A stretch of DNA of 64,000 bases from Hemiscyllium ocellatum (lineage: Eukaryota). Within the stretch, counting starts at the first letter, position 1; each line of letters starts with the position of its first letter. Where the stretch lies: contig NC_083444.1 of assembly GCF_020745735.1 (NCBI RefSeq), positions 7,694,338 through 7,758,337 of the forward strand, in the 5' to 3' direction. Under the pieces are notes generated by a model. It had not been told where the DNA came from. It saw only the letters and a program-made list of their open reading frames with translations, and did no database searches. Positions 12,600-24,859 of the stretch are shown here, one piece after another. Made by a program: the position numbers and the translations under genes.

Positions 12600-13510
12600 A
12601 AGTGTAGAGAGGGCTTTACTCTGTGTCTAACTCGGTGCTGTCCCTGTCCTGAGAGTGTTTGATGGGGGCAGGGTAGAGGAAGCTTTAGTCCGTACCTAAC
12701 CCTGTCCTGAGAGTGTTTGATGGGGACACTGTAGAGGGAACTTTAGTCCGTACTTAACCCTGTTCTGAGAGTGTTTGATGGGTACAGTGTAGAGGAAGCT
12801 TTAGTCCGTACCTAACCCTGTCCTGAGAGTGTTTGATGGGGACACTGTAGAGGGAACTTTAGTCCGTACTTAACCCTGTCCTGAGAGTGTTTGATGGGGA
12901 CACTGTAGAGGGAACTTTAGTCCGTACTTAACCCTGTCCTGAGAGTGTTTGATGGGGACACTGTAGAGGGAACTTTAGTCCGTACTTAACCCTGTTCTGA
13001 CAGTGTTTGATGGGTACAGTGTAGAGGGAGCTTTAGTCTGTATATTAACCCAAGCTGTTACTGTCCAGTGAGTGATTGATGGAGGACACTGTAGAAGGAG
13101 CTTTACTCTGTATCTAATCCTGTATTATCCCTGTCCTGGGAGTGTTTGATGGAGACAGTGTAGAGGAGCTGTACTCTATACCTGGCCCTGTGCTGTCCCT
13201 AGCCTGGGAGTTTTTGCTGATGAACAGTGTCGAGAGAATATCACACTGTGTCTAACTTTTGTGGAACCTGCGATCACCTGATGAAGAGGCAGTGCCCCGA
13301 AAGCTAGTGCTTCCAAATAAATCTGTTGAACTATAACCTAGTGTGTGATTTTTAACTTTGTCCAGCCCGGTTCAACACCAGCAACTCCAAATCATAACCC
13401 TATGCTGTCTCTGCCCTGAGACTGTTTCCTGAGGGACAGTGTAGAGGGAGCTTTATTCTGTATCAAACCCCGCGCTGTCCCTGTCCTGTGAGTGTTTGGT
13501 GGGAGACAGT
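12600..13510 (+). repeat. ~58-66-bp minisatellite (gtgtagagggagctttactctgtatctaacccc...gggagtgtttgatggggaca family)
   Basis: Direct tandem units visible; same family at ~7470-7700 and ~48170-48720. Confidence 0.9.
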
Positions 13511-14117
13511 GTAGAGGCAGGTTTTGAGCAGGGAGCTTTGCCTCCAATGTTATCTCAGAGTTGATCTGTCCATTATATTTCCAAAGAAGGCCTTTCATTT
13601 GAGTAGCACCTTTTGCAGTCTTAGAACATCCCAAAGCATTTCAGAGCCACTGAGTGAGGGTTTGGAGAGTTGTCACTCTTCAAATGTAGGAAACTTGGCA
13701 GTCAATGTATGTACAGCAAGATGCCACCAACACCAATGTGACAATGACTGATGATCTGTTTGGCAGTGATGTTAAATAAATAATGAACAGTGCCTGGCCT
13801 ATTGAGGTAACCTGCTTCTTCCTACTTTGATCCAGGCCTCGGTTTAACGTCTTGTATGCTGAACCATTCCATGAAAAAGTTTTACCCTCTTCAGGAACTG
13901 CACTGGAGAGACACCTTTGATCATGCGTGGCATGTGGCGTGGTAGATAGCATCCTCACATTTGAGTCAGAAGGTCTTGGGACTAGAAAGTTAAGACTAGA
14001 ATTCCCTTTGCAGCACTGAGGGTCTTCCGCACTGTCAGAGGCACTACTTTTGGGACAAGAGACTTAATCACTAGCTCTCACAAGTGGAGCTGAAAAGTCT
14101 CACAGTCAGATTTTAAC

Positions 14118-14428
14118 AGTGGTTAGCACTGCTGCCTCACAGCGCCAGGGACCTGGGTTCAATTCCCGCCTCAGGCGACTGACTGTGTGGAGTTTGCACG
14201 TTGTCCCCGTGTCTGCGTGGGTTTCCTCCGGGTGCTCCGGTTTCCTCCCACAGTCCAAAGATGTGCGGATCAGGTGAATTGGCCATGCTAAATTGCCCGT
14301 AGTGTTAGGTAAGGGGTATATGTAGGGGTATTTGTGGGTTGTGCTTCAGCGGGTTGGTGTGGACTTGTTGGGCCGAAGGGCCTGTTTCCACACTGTAAGT
14401 AATCTAAGTAATCTAATCTAATCTAAAT
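14118..14428 (+). mobile_element. tRNA-derived shark SINE (HE1-like), representative copy
   Basis: tRNA-like head (gtggttagcactgctgcctcacagc...gggttcaattcc) and (AATCT)n tail. Other copies at about 424-649, 4320-4555(-), 22108-22405(-), 29995-30292, 31967-32250(-), 36029-36337, 50062-50312(-), 53783-54096(-), 59320-59531(-), 61924-62240 and 63459-63750. Confidence 0.9.
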
Positions 14429-14727
14429 AAATCCTTCTCCATGATACTCTGGATCCAACTCTATTCTCTAACACTCTAACATCATTATGAGATAAAGTCT
14501 GGTCATTTTCACACTGGGAGCTTAGCATGAGCAGATTGATTGCTCTACAATAAAATTTTCTTGTAGTCACAATCCAATTTTCTTGGCCACAATAGACTTT
14601 GGGACATCCCCAGGGTTGCGGGGAAGGCACTATATAAATGCAAACCTTGCTTTCTTCAATGGGTCTGGGGCTTGAGCTAAGCCGAGGTAGCAGGTCCAGT
14701 CCAATTCAATGGTCGGGGTTGACTTAG

Positions 14728-15620
14728 AGAATCATACAGGATGGAAACAGACCCTTCAGTCCACCCTGACCATAATCCCAAATTAAACTAGTCCCACCTG
14801 CCTGCACTTGGCCCATCCCTCTCTAAATCTTTCCTATTTGTGTGCTGTAATTGTACCCGCCTACACCAGTTCCTCTGAATATTCATTCCACACATAAACT
14901 ACTCTCTGTGTGAAAAAAATTGCCTCTCATGTCTTTTTTTTTAAAGTATTCTCCTCTCACCTTAAAAATATTTCTCCAAATCTTGTAATTACCCACCCTA
15001 GGGAAAAGACACCTGTCATTGTCCACACCCCTCACAATTTTATAAACCTCTGTAAGATCACCTCTCAAATCTCCTACATTCCAGTGAAAGAAGTCCCAGC
15101 CTATGCAGCCCCTCCTTAGAACACAAAACCCTCCATTCCTGGCAACGTCCTGGTAAATCTCGTCTGAATCCTCACCAGTGTAATAATATCCTTCCTATAA
15201 CAAGGCGACTGGAACTGGACTCCAGAAGAGGTTGCACCAATGTCCTGTTTAACCTCAACAGAACATCCCAACTCCTTTACTCAAAGGCCTGAGCAATGAA
15301 GGCAAGCGTGCTAAACACCTTCTTAACCACATTGTCTTTACATTTGTAAGAATTCTACAACATTACCCAAGGCCCTATTTTTAATTGTACAAATCGTGCC
15401 CTAGTTTGTTTTACTAAAATGCAACACTTTGCATTTATCCAAATTAAACTCCATCTGCCACTCTTCAGCCCATTGGATCAGTTGATTTCTTTGCACTCTT
15501 AGATAACCTTCTAGACTGTCCACTATTTTGACCTAATTTGTTGTCATCTACAAACTTTCTAACCACGTCTTCGGTATTCTTATCTAATTTATTGATATAG
15601 GTGGACCCAGTACCAAATCC
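14728..15620 (-). mobile_element. CR1-type LINE 3' fragment
   Basis: Degenerate LRGDLTEVYKIVRG motif and CR1 tail. Confidence 0.8.
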
Positions 15621-15776
15621 TATGGATCACTGTGGCCACTAATCTGAAAAACTAATCTGACCCTCTGTCTCTTCCCATCCAGCTGATGTTGTATCAAACT
15701 GGCAAACTCACACTGAACTTCACATGTTCTAACTTTGCTAATTAGTCTACTTCCCTTTTTCTCTCTCTTAAAGCAG

Positions 15777-16133
15777 GAGGTCCAGTTCATGGTGGGGTCC
15801 ACCAGTCTCCCGATTTGTTGAAGGCAGAGGAAGGGGATGATGTGGCACTACATTGCCACTTTGACCCATCCAATCACCCATCACAACTGGTAGCCTTACA
15901 ATGGAATCTGCCCGAAGGTGAGGTGTATGCGATTGTGCCTGGTAACGCTAAGGGAGGCAAGACCAGCAAGAGACTGGTACTCGAGGTGGACCTGCAAGCG
16001 AGGAGCTCCTTGTTGCGCATCAGTGGTGCCATCACCAATGACAGTGGCCTCTACGTCTGCCTCGTCGAACTCCTCGAACCTCTGCCCATTATCCAGATGA
16101 AGGGGAGTGGGACCCAGCTTCATGTCATACCAG
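15777..16133 (+). CDS. Ig V-set (VJ-type) exon, CD28/CTLA-4/NKp30-like
   Basis: Pyrimidine tract plus tandem AAG/CAG acceptor; 357 nt, phase 1-1; donor G|gtacag. GGPVHGGVHQSPDLLKAEEGDDVALHCHFDPSNHPSQLVALQWNLPEGEVYAIVPGNAKGGKTSKRLVLEVDLQARSSLLRISGAITNDSGLYVCLVELLEPLPIIQMKGSGTQLHVIP. Contains the B-strand Cys, C-strand Trp, DSGLYVC and a J-like GSGTQLHV. Confidence 0.93.
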
Positions 16134-16685
16134 GTACAGGACTGTCACCCCCTTCAACTAATGCCTGCATCAGCATTTAATTGGCACTGACTTGGCAGCT
16201 TATGTGCAGTTGCAGCCTTTTGGGACTAAGCTGAGGAGAAATGTTTTGTGGTGGTGAACCTTATGAATTCTCTCCCCTACAGCCTCAATCACAAGTATGT
16301 TAAAGACAAGCGATCATTGGTTTTCTGGGCATTTGATTTGACACGTCCAAAATGTACAAAACTAATTTATCAATTCTTCTTTTAGGAGAGAAAACCTGCC
16401 AACCTTACCTATTTTGACCTATATGTGACTCCATACCGACAGCCAGTGAGGCTGGGTCTAAATTGCCTTCTGAAGTGGCCAAGCAAAACACTCAGTTCAA
16501 GTGCCATTAGGGACTGGCAACAATACTGGACTTGGCAATGGTGCCATGAAAAAAATGAAAGATTAAATAGTAGAGTAGGGGAAACGGTAGGGGGTTATTG
16601 AATTCTCACTTTCTGCCCCTATATTTAATGAACCAGGAGCTTTGTGGTCAGGTGTCCTGAATAACTCAGTGGAGATTGGGGATGA

Positions 16686-17357
16686 AGTTAAAAAATCACA
16701 CAACGCCAGGTTATTGTCCATCAGGTTTATTTGGAAGCTTTCAGACCATTGTTCCTTCATCAGGTAGCAAGTGGAGGAGAATCACAGGTCACAGAATTTA
16801 AAGCAAAAAATCATAATGTCATACAACCGATGCGATATACTGCTGTTCAGGCTCTCATCCTTTAGAATGAGTTGCGAGTTTCAATTCATGAATATGTAAA
16901 TCCCAGAACTTCTTTCAAGTCACATTTTTGGATTTTCATATTCATGAATTGAAACCCATCCTTAAAAATGAAACACTTAACAACAATCTAGGTTTGTTCA
17001 ATATATTGCATCAGTTGTTTGACACTATGATCTTTTGCTGTAAATTCTGTGAGTCAAGATTAGAGTAGTGCTGGAAAAACACGCAGGCCAGGCAGCATCC
17101 GAAGAGCAGGAAAATCGACATTCTGGGCAAAAGCCCTTCATCAGGAATGAGGCTGCCTGGCCTGCTGTGCTTTTCCAGCACCACTCTCATCTTGACTCTA
17201 ATCTCCAGCAGCTGCAGTACCCACTTTCGCCTGTAAATTCTATGATCCTACTCCAGTAGTTATCTGACGAAGAAACAGCGCTCCAAAAGCTTGTACTGTA
17301 CTTCCAAAATAAACCTGCTGGATTATATAACCTGGTGTTGTATGATTTTTAACTTTG
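16686..17357. mobile_element. Non-autonomous element with terminal inverted repeats (Penelope-end derived or MITE-like)
   Basis: Left end aagttaaaaaatcacacaacgccaggttat...; right end ...ataacctggtgttgtatgatttttaactt. An internal inverted pair lies at ~17051-17208. The same termini occur at ~59608-59718 and from 63909 to the window end. Confidence 0.65.
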
Positions 17358-17910
17358 TCCACCCCAGTCCAACACCAGCACCTCCACATCTATCTGGGAA
17401 TAAAACATCAGCAGCATGAACTCTTGCAGCAAGCCAGAGCCGGTAAAACTGTGCCTGGCGCAAGTTTCATTAAAATTCGTTCCTTATTTTCATTCTCTTC
17501 TTCCTCTTTCCCTTTCTACATTTTGTGTCCTGTCACATGGTTGTGGATTGCGAAATGGTGCTTTGGACACGTCAACTGTGCCGGACAAGCGGGAGCAATG
17601 CAGGTTGAGCTCTCCCCATACCTTTCACAAACAGAAATAGCGGGTCCCGTCATTTTAATAGGAGGCTTGCTGTTCTGCGGTGCATGCTGGGATATTTCAT
17701 CTCCATAGCCAGCCGTATTGTGGAGCTTGTGCGCTCAGCTAAAAGGTCCAAGAAGAAGAGTTTTTATTAATATTACACCTCTCTTGAATCATTTTTGTGT
17801 TCGTCGCTGACAGTCCATCAAGTCAGGTAGGCATTAAAGGGTGAACAATCTCACTTTTACAGCTGACCTTCATAGATTTGGAGGTGCCAGAGTTGGACTG
17901 GGCTGTATAA

Positions 17911-18907
17911 AGACCTGGATTGTTGGTTACGTCTCTCATCTTTTAGATGGTTGGTTTCAGTTCTTTCATAAATCCCAGAACTTTTTAAAAGTTACACTCT
18001 CAAGTGAACTTTAACAATAGGTCCCATGTCACCTCAGATAATGCATTGAAGGTGTGAGATGGCTTGCATGAAGCTATCTGGCCTCAATGTTCATTCTGAT
18101 TCTGTTTCTACAAAAGGGCTTTTACAGAATCTTACATGGATTCATGCAGTTTTTGAGCAAAATAAAATGCAATTCTGCAAGTATTAATTAAACTGATATG
18201 TCTGTGAGTTTGTATGTATGTGTATATTTGTGAGTGTGAGTGTAAAGGGGGGAATAAGTCTGTGAGAGGGTGTGAGTGTATTTGTGAGCACATGAAACAG
18301 AGTTTGTGTATGAGAGAGAGCTTGTGTATGAGAGAGGGTCTGCATGAGTGAATGGGTCTGTAGGAGTGTGTGTGTGTGCGCGCGCGTGTGTGTGTGTGCA
18401 TGTATGTGTGTGTTTGTGTGTGTAGTGCAGTGGGGTCATCTGTAGTGTGACATGAACCCAAGGTCCCAGTTGAGGCCATCCCCATGGGTATCAGTGGGAA
18501 TGGCCTCAACCAGGACCTTGCTTCATGTCACACTACAGGTGACCCCACTGTACTACACACACAAACACACAAACACACACACACACACACCCATGGACAC
18601 ATATAAGTTTGTAAGGTGAAGTTGTACTTGCAGAATTACATTTTGTTTTGCTCAAAAACTGCATGAATCCATGTAAGAATCTGTAAATCTCTTTTGTAGA
18701 AATAGAACCAGTCTGAACATTGGGACACAGACAGCCTCACACAGGGCACCTCACACCTTCAATGCATTATCTGAGATGACATGGTACTTATTGTTAAAGT
18801 TCACTTGAAAATGTAACTTTTAAAAAGTTCTGGGATTTACATATGAAAGAACTGAAACCAGCATGATCATTTTAAAAGATGAGAGACCTAACAAACAGTC
18901 CAGGTCT
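17911..18907. repeat. ~1-kb imperfect fold-back (nested inverted repeats) in an intron of gene 2
   Basis: Outer arms ~17911-18190 and ~18600-18907; inner arms ~18421-18484 and ~18494-18557; GT tract on the left opposite a shorter CA tract on the right. Confidence 0.85.
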
Positions 18908-20519
18908 TTTTCAAGGTATAATTTCAGTTACATAACTCTGTAAGCTTTTGCTATAAATTCTGTATCTTACGGTCTTATACTCCACAACCACCTGATGAAG
19001 GAGCAGCACTTTGAAAGCTAGTGCTTTCAAATAAAGCTGTTGGACTAAAACCTGGTGTTGTGTGATTTTTAACTTTGACCTTCATATTCTCATTGCAGCC
19101 TGCATTGGCTGCAAGTGGCAGAGAATGAAACACATCATGCATCAAAGTTTGCAGGTTGAAATTTCCAGCTGGATTTATCAGCAGCTGAAAAATTACAGAG
19201 AACCTGGAGGCACTGGAAGATTATTTCAGTAGAAATAGTGCACAGAGGTATTGGGGGACAGACAGGAGTCATAGAGTCATAGTGTCACAAAGCACAGAAA
19301 CAGACCCTTCCATCCAACTTATCCAAACTGAACAGTTTTCCCAAAACAAACTAGTAGTTCTGGATGTAGGTTTGCTCACTGATCTGGAAGGTTTGTTTTC
19401 GGAGGTTTCGTCACCATACTAGGTGAACTTCTGAATGAAGCACTGGTTGTATGGCCCACTTTCTATTTACGTGTTCAGGTTTCCCTGGGTTGGTGATGGC
19501 ATGTCCTGTGGTGACATCATTTCCTGTGGTAATGTCATTTCCTGTTCTTTCCTTCAGTGGGTGGTAAATGGCATCCAAGACAATGTGTTTGTTGATAGAG
19601 TTCCGGTTGGTATGCCATGCTTTTCAGAATTCTCGTGCGAGTCTGTTTCGCTTGTCCTATGATGGATGTGTTTCAAGAGCTAGTGCAGGCAAGATGGGTT
19701 GAATATCCTCCTTCTGTACAGTAACAATTCTGTGATGCTGTGAAATAGGAACACTGCAAGACCACAAATTGTGGGTTCAATCCCCAGTTCATTGTTTGGG
19801 AACAGTCACTGCTCTGACAGTTCAATGTCCTCCTGAGAATCATACCCCTTCAGAAACAATTTGCTATTGCCATCTTTAACATGAGCTGTATAAAGCATTC
19901 CATAGATGGAAGAATAGACAAAAAAAAATTTATTTATTCAGGAAATATGGGAGCACTGGCAAGCCAAGATCCACGACCAGAGGTTAGTTAAGAAACAACC
20001 ATATTACTGTAAGCCTAGAGTCACGCATAGGCCAGAGCAAATAAAATGGCAGATTTCCTTCCCAAAAGGACTTTAGTGAACATTTTGTTTATCAATGACA
20101 ATTTACAGTGCTTTAAAGGTCACCATTAGGTTAGTCTTCTTATTAAATTCAGATTTATACTGAATTCAGATTTCCCCATCATCCACAATAGTATTTGTCC
20201 CTATGTCTGCAGAAATATTAACGTGACATTCTGGGTGACTACTGCAGTGACATTACCACTACTCCACTGCCTGCCGTGCTGTATAAAAAGTAATGATTTA
20301 AAAAATAACCTCTATGACTCCTAAAGCAGTGATCAATGTCTCAGCTGCCCTCTTCCAGACAGGAAATTCAACAGGCCTCCAATGTAACTGTACAGGATGT
20401 AGCAAAGGGCTCCACAGTACCAATGAACTAAGAAGAATCAAAATTAACTCTGCTTTCTTTCCCCATGGATGTTGCCATACTCTGCTGATTTTTGCCAGCA
20501 ATTTCTGTTTTTGTTTCAG

Positions 20520-21480
20520 ATCTCTGGCATCATAGAATGTAGAATATGGAACATTTCAACACTCAATGTTGTGGTGACCTGTGAAACCAATCTGAAGCCC
20601 ATCTAACCAACACTAATCCATTTTCATCCATATGTCTATCCAATGACCACCTAAATGTCCTTAAAGTTAGTGGGTCTACTACTGTTTCAGGCAAGGCATT
20701 CCACACCCTTACTACTCTCTAAGTAAAGAAACTACCTCTGACATCTGCCCTATGTCTATCACTCCTCAATTTAAAGCTATGTTCCCTCATGCTATCCATT
20801 ACCATCTGAGGAAAAAGGCTCTCACTGTCAACCCTATCTAACCCTCTGATTATCTTATATGTCTCAGTTAAGTCACCTCTCAACCTTCTTCTATGTAATG
20901 GAAACAACTTCAAATCCCTTAGCCTTTCCTCATATCTTCCCTCCATACCAGGCAACATCCTAGTAAATCTCTTCTGAACCCTTTCCAAAGCTTCCACATC
21001 CTTCTTATAATACAGTGACTAGAACTGTATGTAATATTCCAAGTGCGGCCGCACCAGAGTTTTGTACAGCTGCAGCATGACCTCATGGCACTGAAACTTA
21101 ATCTCTCTACTAATAAAAGCTAACACACCATATGCCTTCCTAACAACCTTATCAACCTGGGTGGCAACTTTCAGGGATCTATATACATGGACACAGATCT
21201 CTCTGCTCACCACATACCAAGAATCTTACCAATAAACCAGTATTTTGTATTCCTGTTACTTCTTCCAAAGTGAATCGCCTCTCACTTTTCTGCACTAAAG
21301 TCCATTTGCCACCTCTCAGCCCAGCTCTGCAGCTTATCTATGTCCTTCTGTAACCTGCAACATGCAACTATCCACAACACTACTGACCTTAGTGTTTACT
21401 AACCCATCTTTCCACGCCCTCATCCAGATTATTTATAAAAGATGGCACACATCAGTAGCCCCAGAACAGATCCTTGCAGA
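20520..21480 (-). mobile_element. CR1-type LINE fragment
   Basis: ALERVQKRFTRMLPG, LYKTLVRPHLEY and LRGDLTETYKII motifs. Confidence 0.85.
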
Positions 21481-22107
21481 TCTGCAGTTCTTTAGTTTGA
21501 GGAGCAACTCCTTATTTCCCCAGTCAGGAACTTGACAGTTTGTATGATTCAATATTGAATTCCACACCTTCAGAGAGCGACCTCATTTTTCTTACATACT
21601 TTTCCATCTCTCATGCCACACCCCCATCCCACCTCAATAAGTTTTGTTTGCGTCTTGTTGAGTTTGATATCAACAAAGTGGAACACTTTTTTCCTATTAA
21701 ACCCTTCATTTACACCTATTTTTCATCTCAATTGCTCTTTTGCCACCATGATTAGTACTCCCATTGTCTTTTAATGTGGGAACCCTCACCATTCTCTCAC
21801 TCCTCTTCTTCCCCTCCATCAATCATGTAAAAACTACCATTTCCAGCTCCTTTCATACCAGATTCAAAATGTTAACCCTGTTTTTCTCTCTGCATATATA
21901 TTGCCAGACCTGTTGAGTTTCACCAACATTTTCTGTTTTTTTAAGATATATCAAAGAAGGATAATGATATCTGCTGACTATTCTGTTCATCCTCAAGCAA
22001 AACTAGTGGAAACAAAGCAAATTGCTTAATCTTCTAATTTATTCGCTCACTTGGGATTTTCCTGTGTGTAAATTGGTCAGCATCACATCGCAATTAACGG
22101 TTTTTTT

Positions 22108-22405
22108 TAGATTAGATTACTTACAGTGTGGAAACAGGCCCTTCGGCCCAACAAGTCCACACCGACCCGCAACCCACCCATACCCCTACATATACCCCTT
22201 ACCTAACACTATGGGCAATTTAGCATGGCCAATTCACCTGACCCGCACATCTTTGGACTGTGGGAGGAAACCGGAGCACCCGGAGGAAACCCACGCAGAC
22301 ACGGGGAGAACTTGCAAACTCCACACAGTCAGTCGCCTGAGGCGGGAATTGAACCCAGGTCCCTGGCGCTGTGAGGCAGCAGTGCTAACCACTGTGCCAC
22401 CGAGC
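22108..22405 (-). mobile_element. HE1-like SINE, near-intact young copy
   Basis: Almost identical to 53783-54096; lies just upstream of the stalk exon. Confidence 0.9.
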
Positions 22406-22654
22406 CCGGTTGTGGAAGGAATTCAAGAAAAATTAATTCTGAGGATATAAAGATATTTCTGTTGCCCCAGGAAACAGGACAAATCAAGTCAGAAAGGAAC
22501 CCAAACACATTGAAGACTTTTCCAGTAAGTTTTCTTGGCTACATTTTATGATTTGTTCTGCTCCTTTCTCTGTGTCAGCTCAGGGTGAATTAAGGGGATC
22601 TTCTGGGGATGTGAAAGGTACTCTATAAAGGCAAGTTATTTCTTCCTCTCTCAG

Positions 22655-22708
22655 GCAATGGAACAAATCCAGGAACAAACGTGTCCAAAATGATCCTCGG
22701 ATTTACTG
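22655..22708 (+). CDS. 54-nt stalk exon of gene 2
   Basis: Strong acceptor ttcttcctctctcag and donor G|gtaagt, phase 1-1. Encodes GNGTNPGTNVSKMILGFT with two N-glycosylation sequons (NGT, NVS). Confidence 0.7.
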
Positions 22709-23699
22709 GTAAGTGCAGGGAAGCATCTCTCTGGTTAACAAGAGTTTGGAATGTCTGATAAAGCAGATAAGGGGGTGCAGGGATTTTAAAAATATATTTT
22801 TGAATAGGTTTCAGTTTCAGAATTATATTTAACCTATATCACAGCAAGCTCTGTGTTAATAGGGTAACAAACAGTGAGGATTGTTGTTCACTGACTTAAA
22901 GATTGTCAAATGTCCAATGAAAACAAAGCTAAAGAAATTCCTCCTCTTCACTTTTTGTAATGGGTGACCCCTTATCCTGAGATAAAACCCTCTTGTCCTA
23001 AACTCTCCCACAAGGGGAAACAACCTTTCCCCTGTCCAGTCCCGTAAGAATCTTGTATGTTCCAATAAGGTAGCCTCACATTCTTCTAAACTCCAGTGAT
23101 TACAGGCCTAATGCACTCAACCTGTCGTTATAAAACAGTCCCTATAAAACAGTCAGTCCATACTTGATGTCAGCCAAGTGAACCTTCCCTGGACTGCCTC
23201 CAATGCCAATCTATCCCAAAACTGTTCACTGTACTCCAGCTGTGATCTGTCTTGTGGAGTTTTAGCAAGGTCTCACAAATGTTTATAAATGAAAAAGAGA
23301 AAGGTCACAAATATCAACCAATAGATAAACAGTTACTTTTTTTGTGTGAACACAGTGGAGACCCAGTCTCAAACTGAAGTGTTTACTTTAAAAACAAAAT
23401 ATATTCACCAGTCCTAATCACCAAGCACAACTTATTTCTCTGGAGTAGTGTTCATAATGTCACTCAGCCACAGGACCACAGTAGAGAACTTCAGAAATAT
23501 GACCAGACCATATGCCACTTTTTAAAAAGCCAATCTCTAAATTTGGCGTGAACCATCAATCAGGCACCAATGCATTATCAGTAAATAAATCCCATTGGTT
23601 CACACTCTTCTCATAGACGTGCATCATCACAAACTCCACATGTGTGAAGTCATGTACCTGAAAGTAATTCTACTGTCAGACTCTCTTCCTATAGCCCCA

Positions 23700-24400
23700 T
23701 GACAACACCAAACCAGTTCTACAAGCTTGCTCACTCCCCATAGTCCAGTCTCAATCCCAGGATAATCAAATTGATTCATCCTCAATCTTGCGGCAATCTC
23801 CAAACTACTCCCACAGTGCTGCTCTCTCCCTATAGTCCTTTATCAATTCCAAACTGATCCCACTGTCGTACACACTCCTCATAGCCCAGTATCAATCCAC
23901 AAAGTAATCCCACTGCCCCACTCTCTACTCATTGCCCTGTATCAATGACAAAACTAATCCCTTTGCCCTGCTCTCTCCCCATTGCCCTATATCAATCCCA
24001 AACTCAACCCACTGCTCCATTCTCTCCTCATAGCTCTTTATCAAACCCAAACTAATCCCATTGCTTGATTCTCTCCGAAATGTCCTGCCTTAATTTCTAA
24101 CAAGTCTCACTGCCTGACTGTCTCCCCAGAGCCCTGTATCCATTCCAAACCAGCCACATTGCTTCACACACTCCTCATAGCCCTGTATCAATCTCCAAAC
24201 TAATCCCATTGCTTGACTCTCTCTGGATAGGCCTGCCATAATTTCTAACAAGTCACACTGCTGCCCTGTCTCCCCAAGGCTCTGTGTCAATCTCTGTTAG
24301 TCACCCTGCTTCACACTCTCTTCATAGACTCATAATAATCTCCAAACTAATCCCATTGCCCTATACTCTCCCCATAGCCCTGAATCAATCTAACTAAGCC
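23700..24400. repeat. ~52-bp degenerate minisatellite (aatcccactgccc...ctctccccatagccctgtatcaatc)
   Basis: Tandem units; same family at 43680-44720. Confidence 0.8.
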
Positions 24401-24859
24401 TCTGGATCACTCTCCTCATTGTCCCTCTGATCATTTTAAATTGCAAATGTTGGGGTATCTGTGGGTGGGCAGGTTTTAACACTGGGGGTTGCTTGCAATT
24501 CACTGCAAAACCTGTCACCTCCCAGCACAGCAGGAACAGAGTCCCAGACTTTGGGGAAACTCTGTGGTCACGTCCCTGAGCCTTTGTTTTCTGCATTGCT
24601 TACAAATACTGCGGAAGCGTCAAAACACTGACTCTGCACTTTCAGCAACACTGAAAGTGAATAAGCTGCATTGGGCCACGTCATCTGCTCAGTTGCTGCA
24701 GGTTTATTTCCTGTCTGTGTGAAGTTATCTTCATTCATCAAGTTTCCAGTCCCCCAATGTCAGACCAAGCACTTGATGAGTCAGCAGCTTAATCTCAGTT
24801 AGATTTCAGTAAAACGAAAGAAACACTGCCACTTGGAGGCAGACAGAGTCTCAGTCTCA

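Noticed and set aside
12600-13510. Regularly spaced repeats resembling a CRISPR array
   Set aside because: Eukaryotic minisatellite: whole units repeat and there are no unique spacers.
15777-16133. Rearranging TCR/Ig V segment
   Set aside because: The J-like G strand is already joined in the exon and ends at a splice donor; no heptamer-nonamer signal follows.
19099-19232. Acceptor followed by a frame containing IYQQL
   Set aside because: Not a true ITIM, frame ends in a stop, and it lies before the stalk exon.
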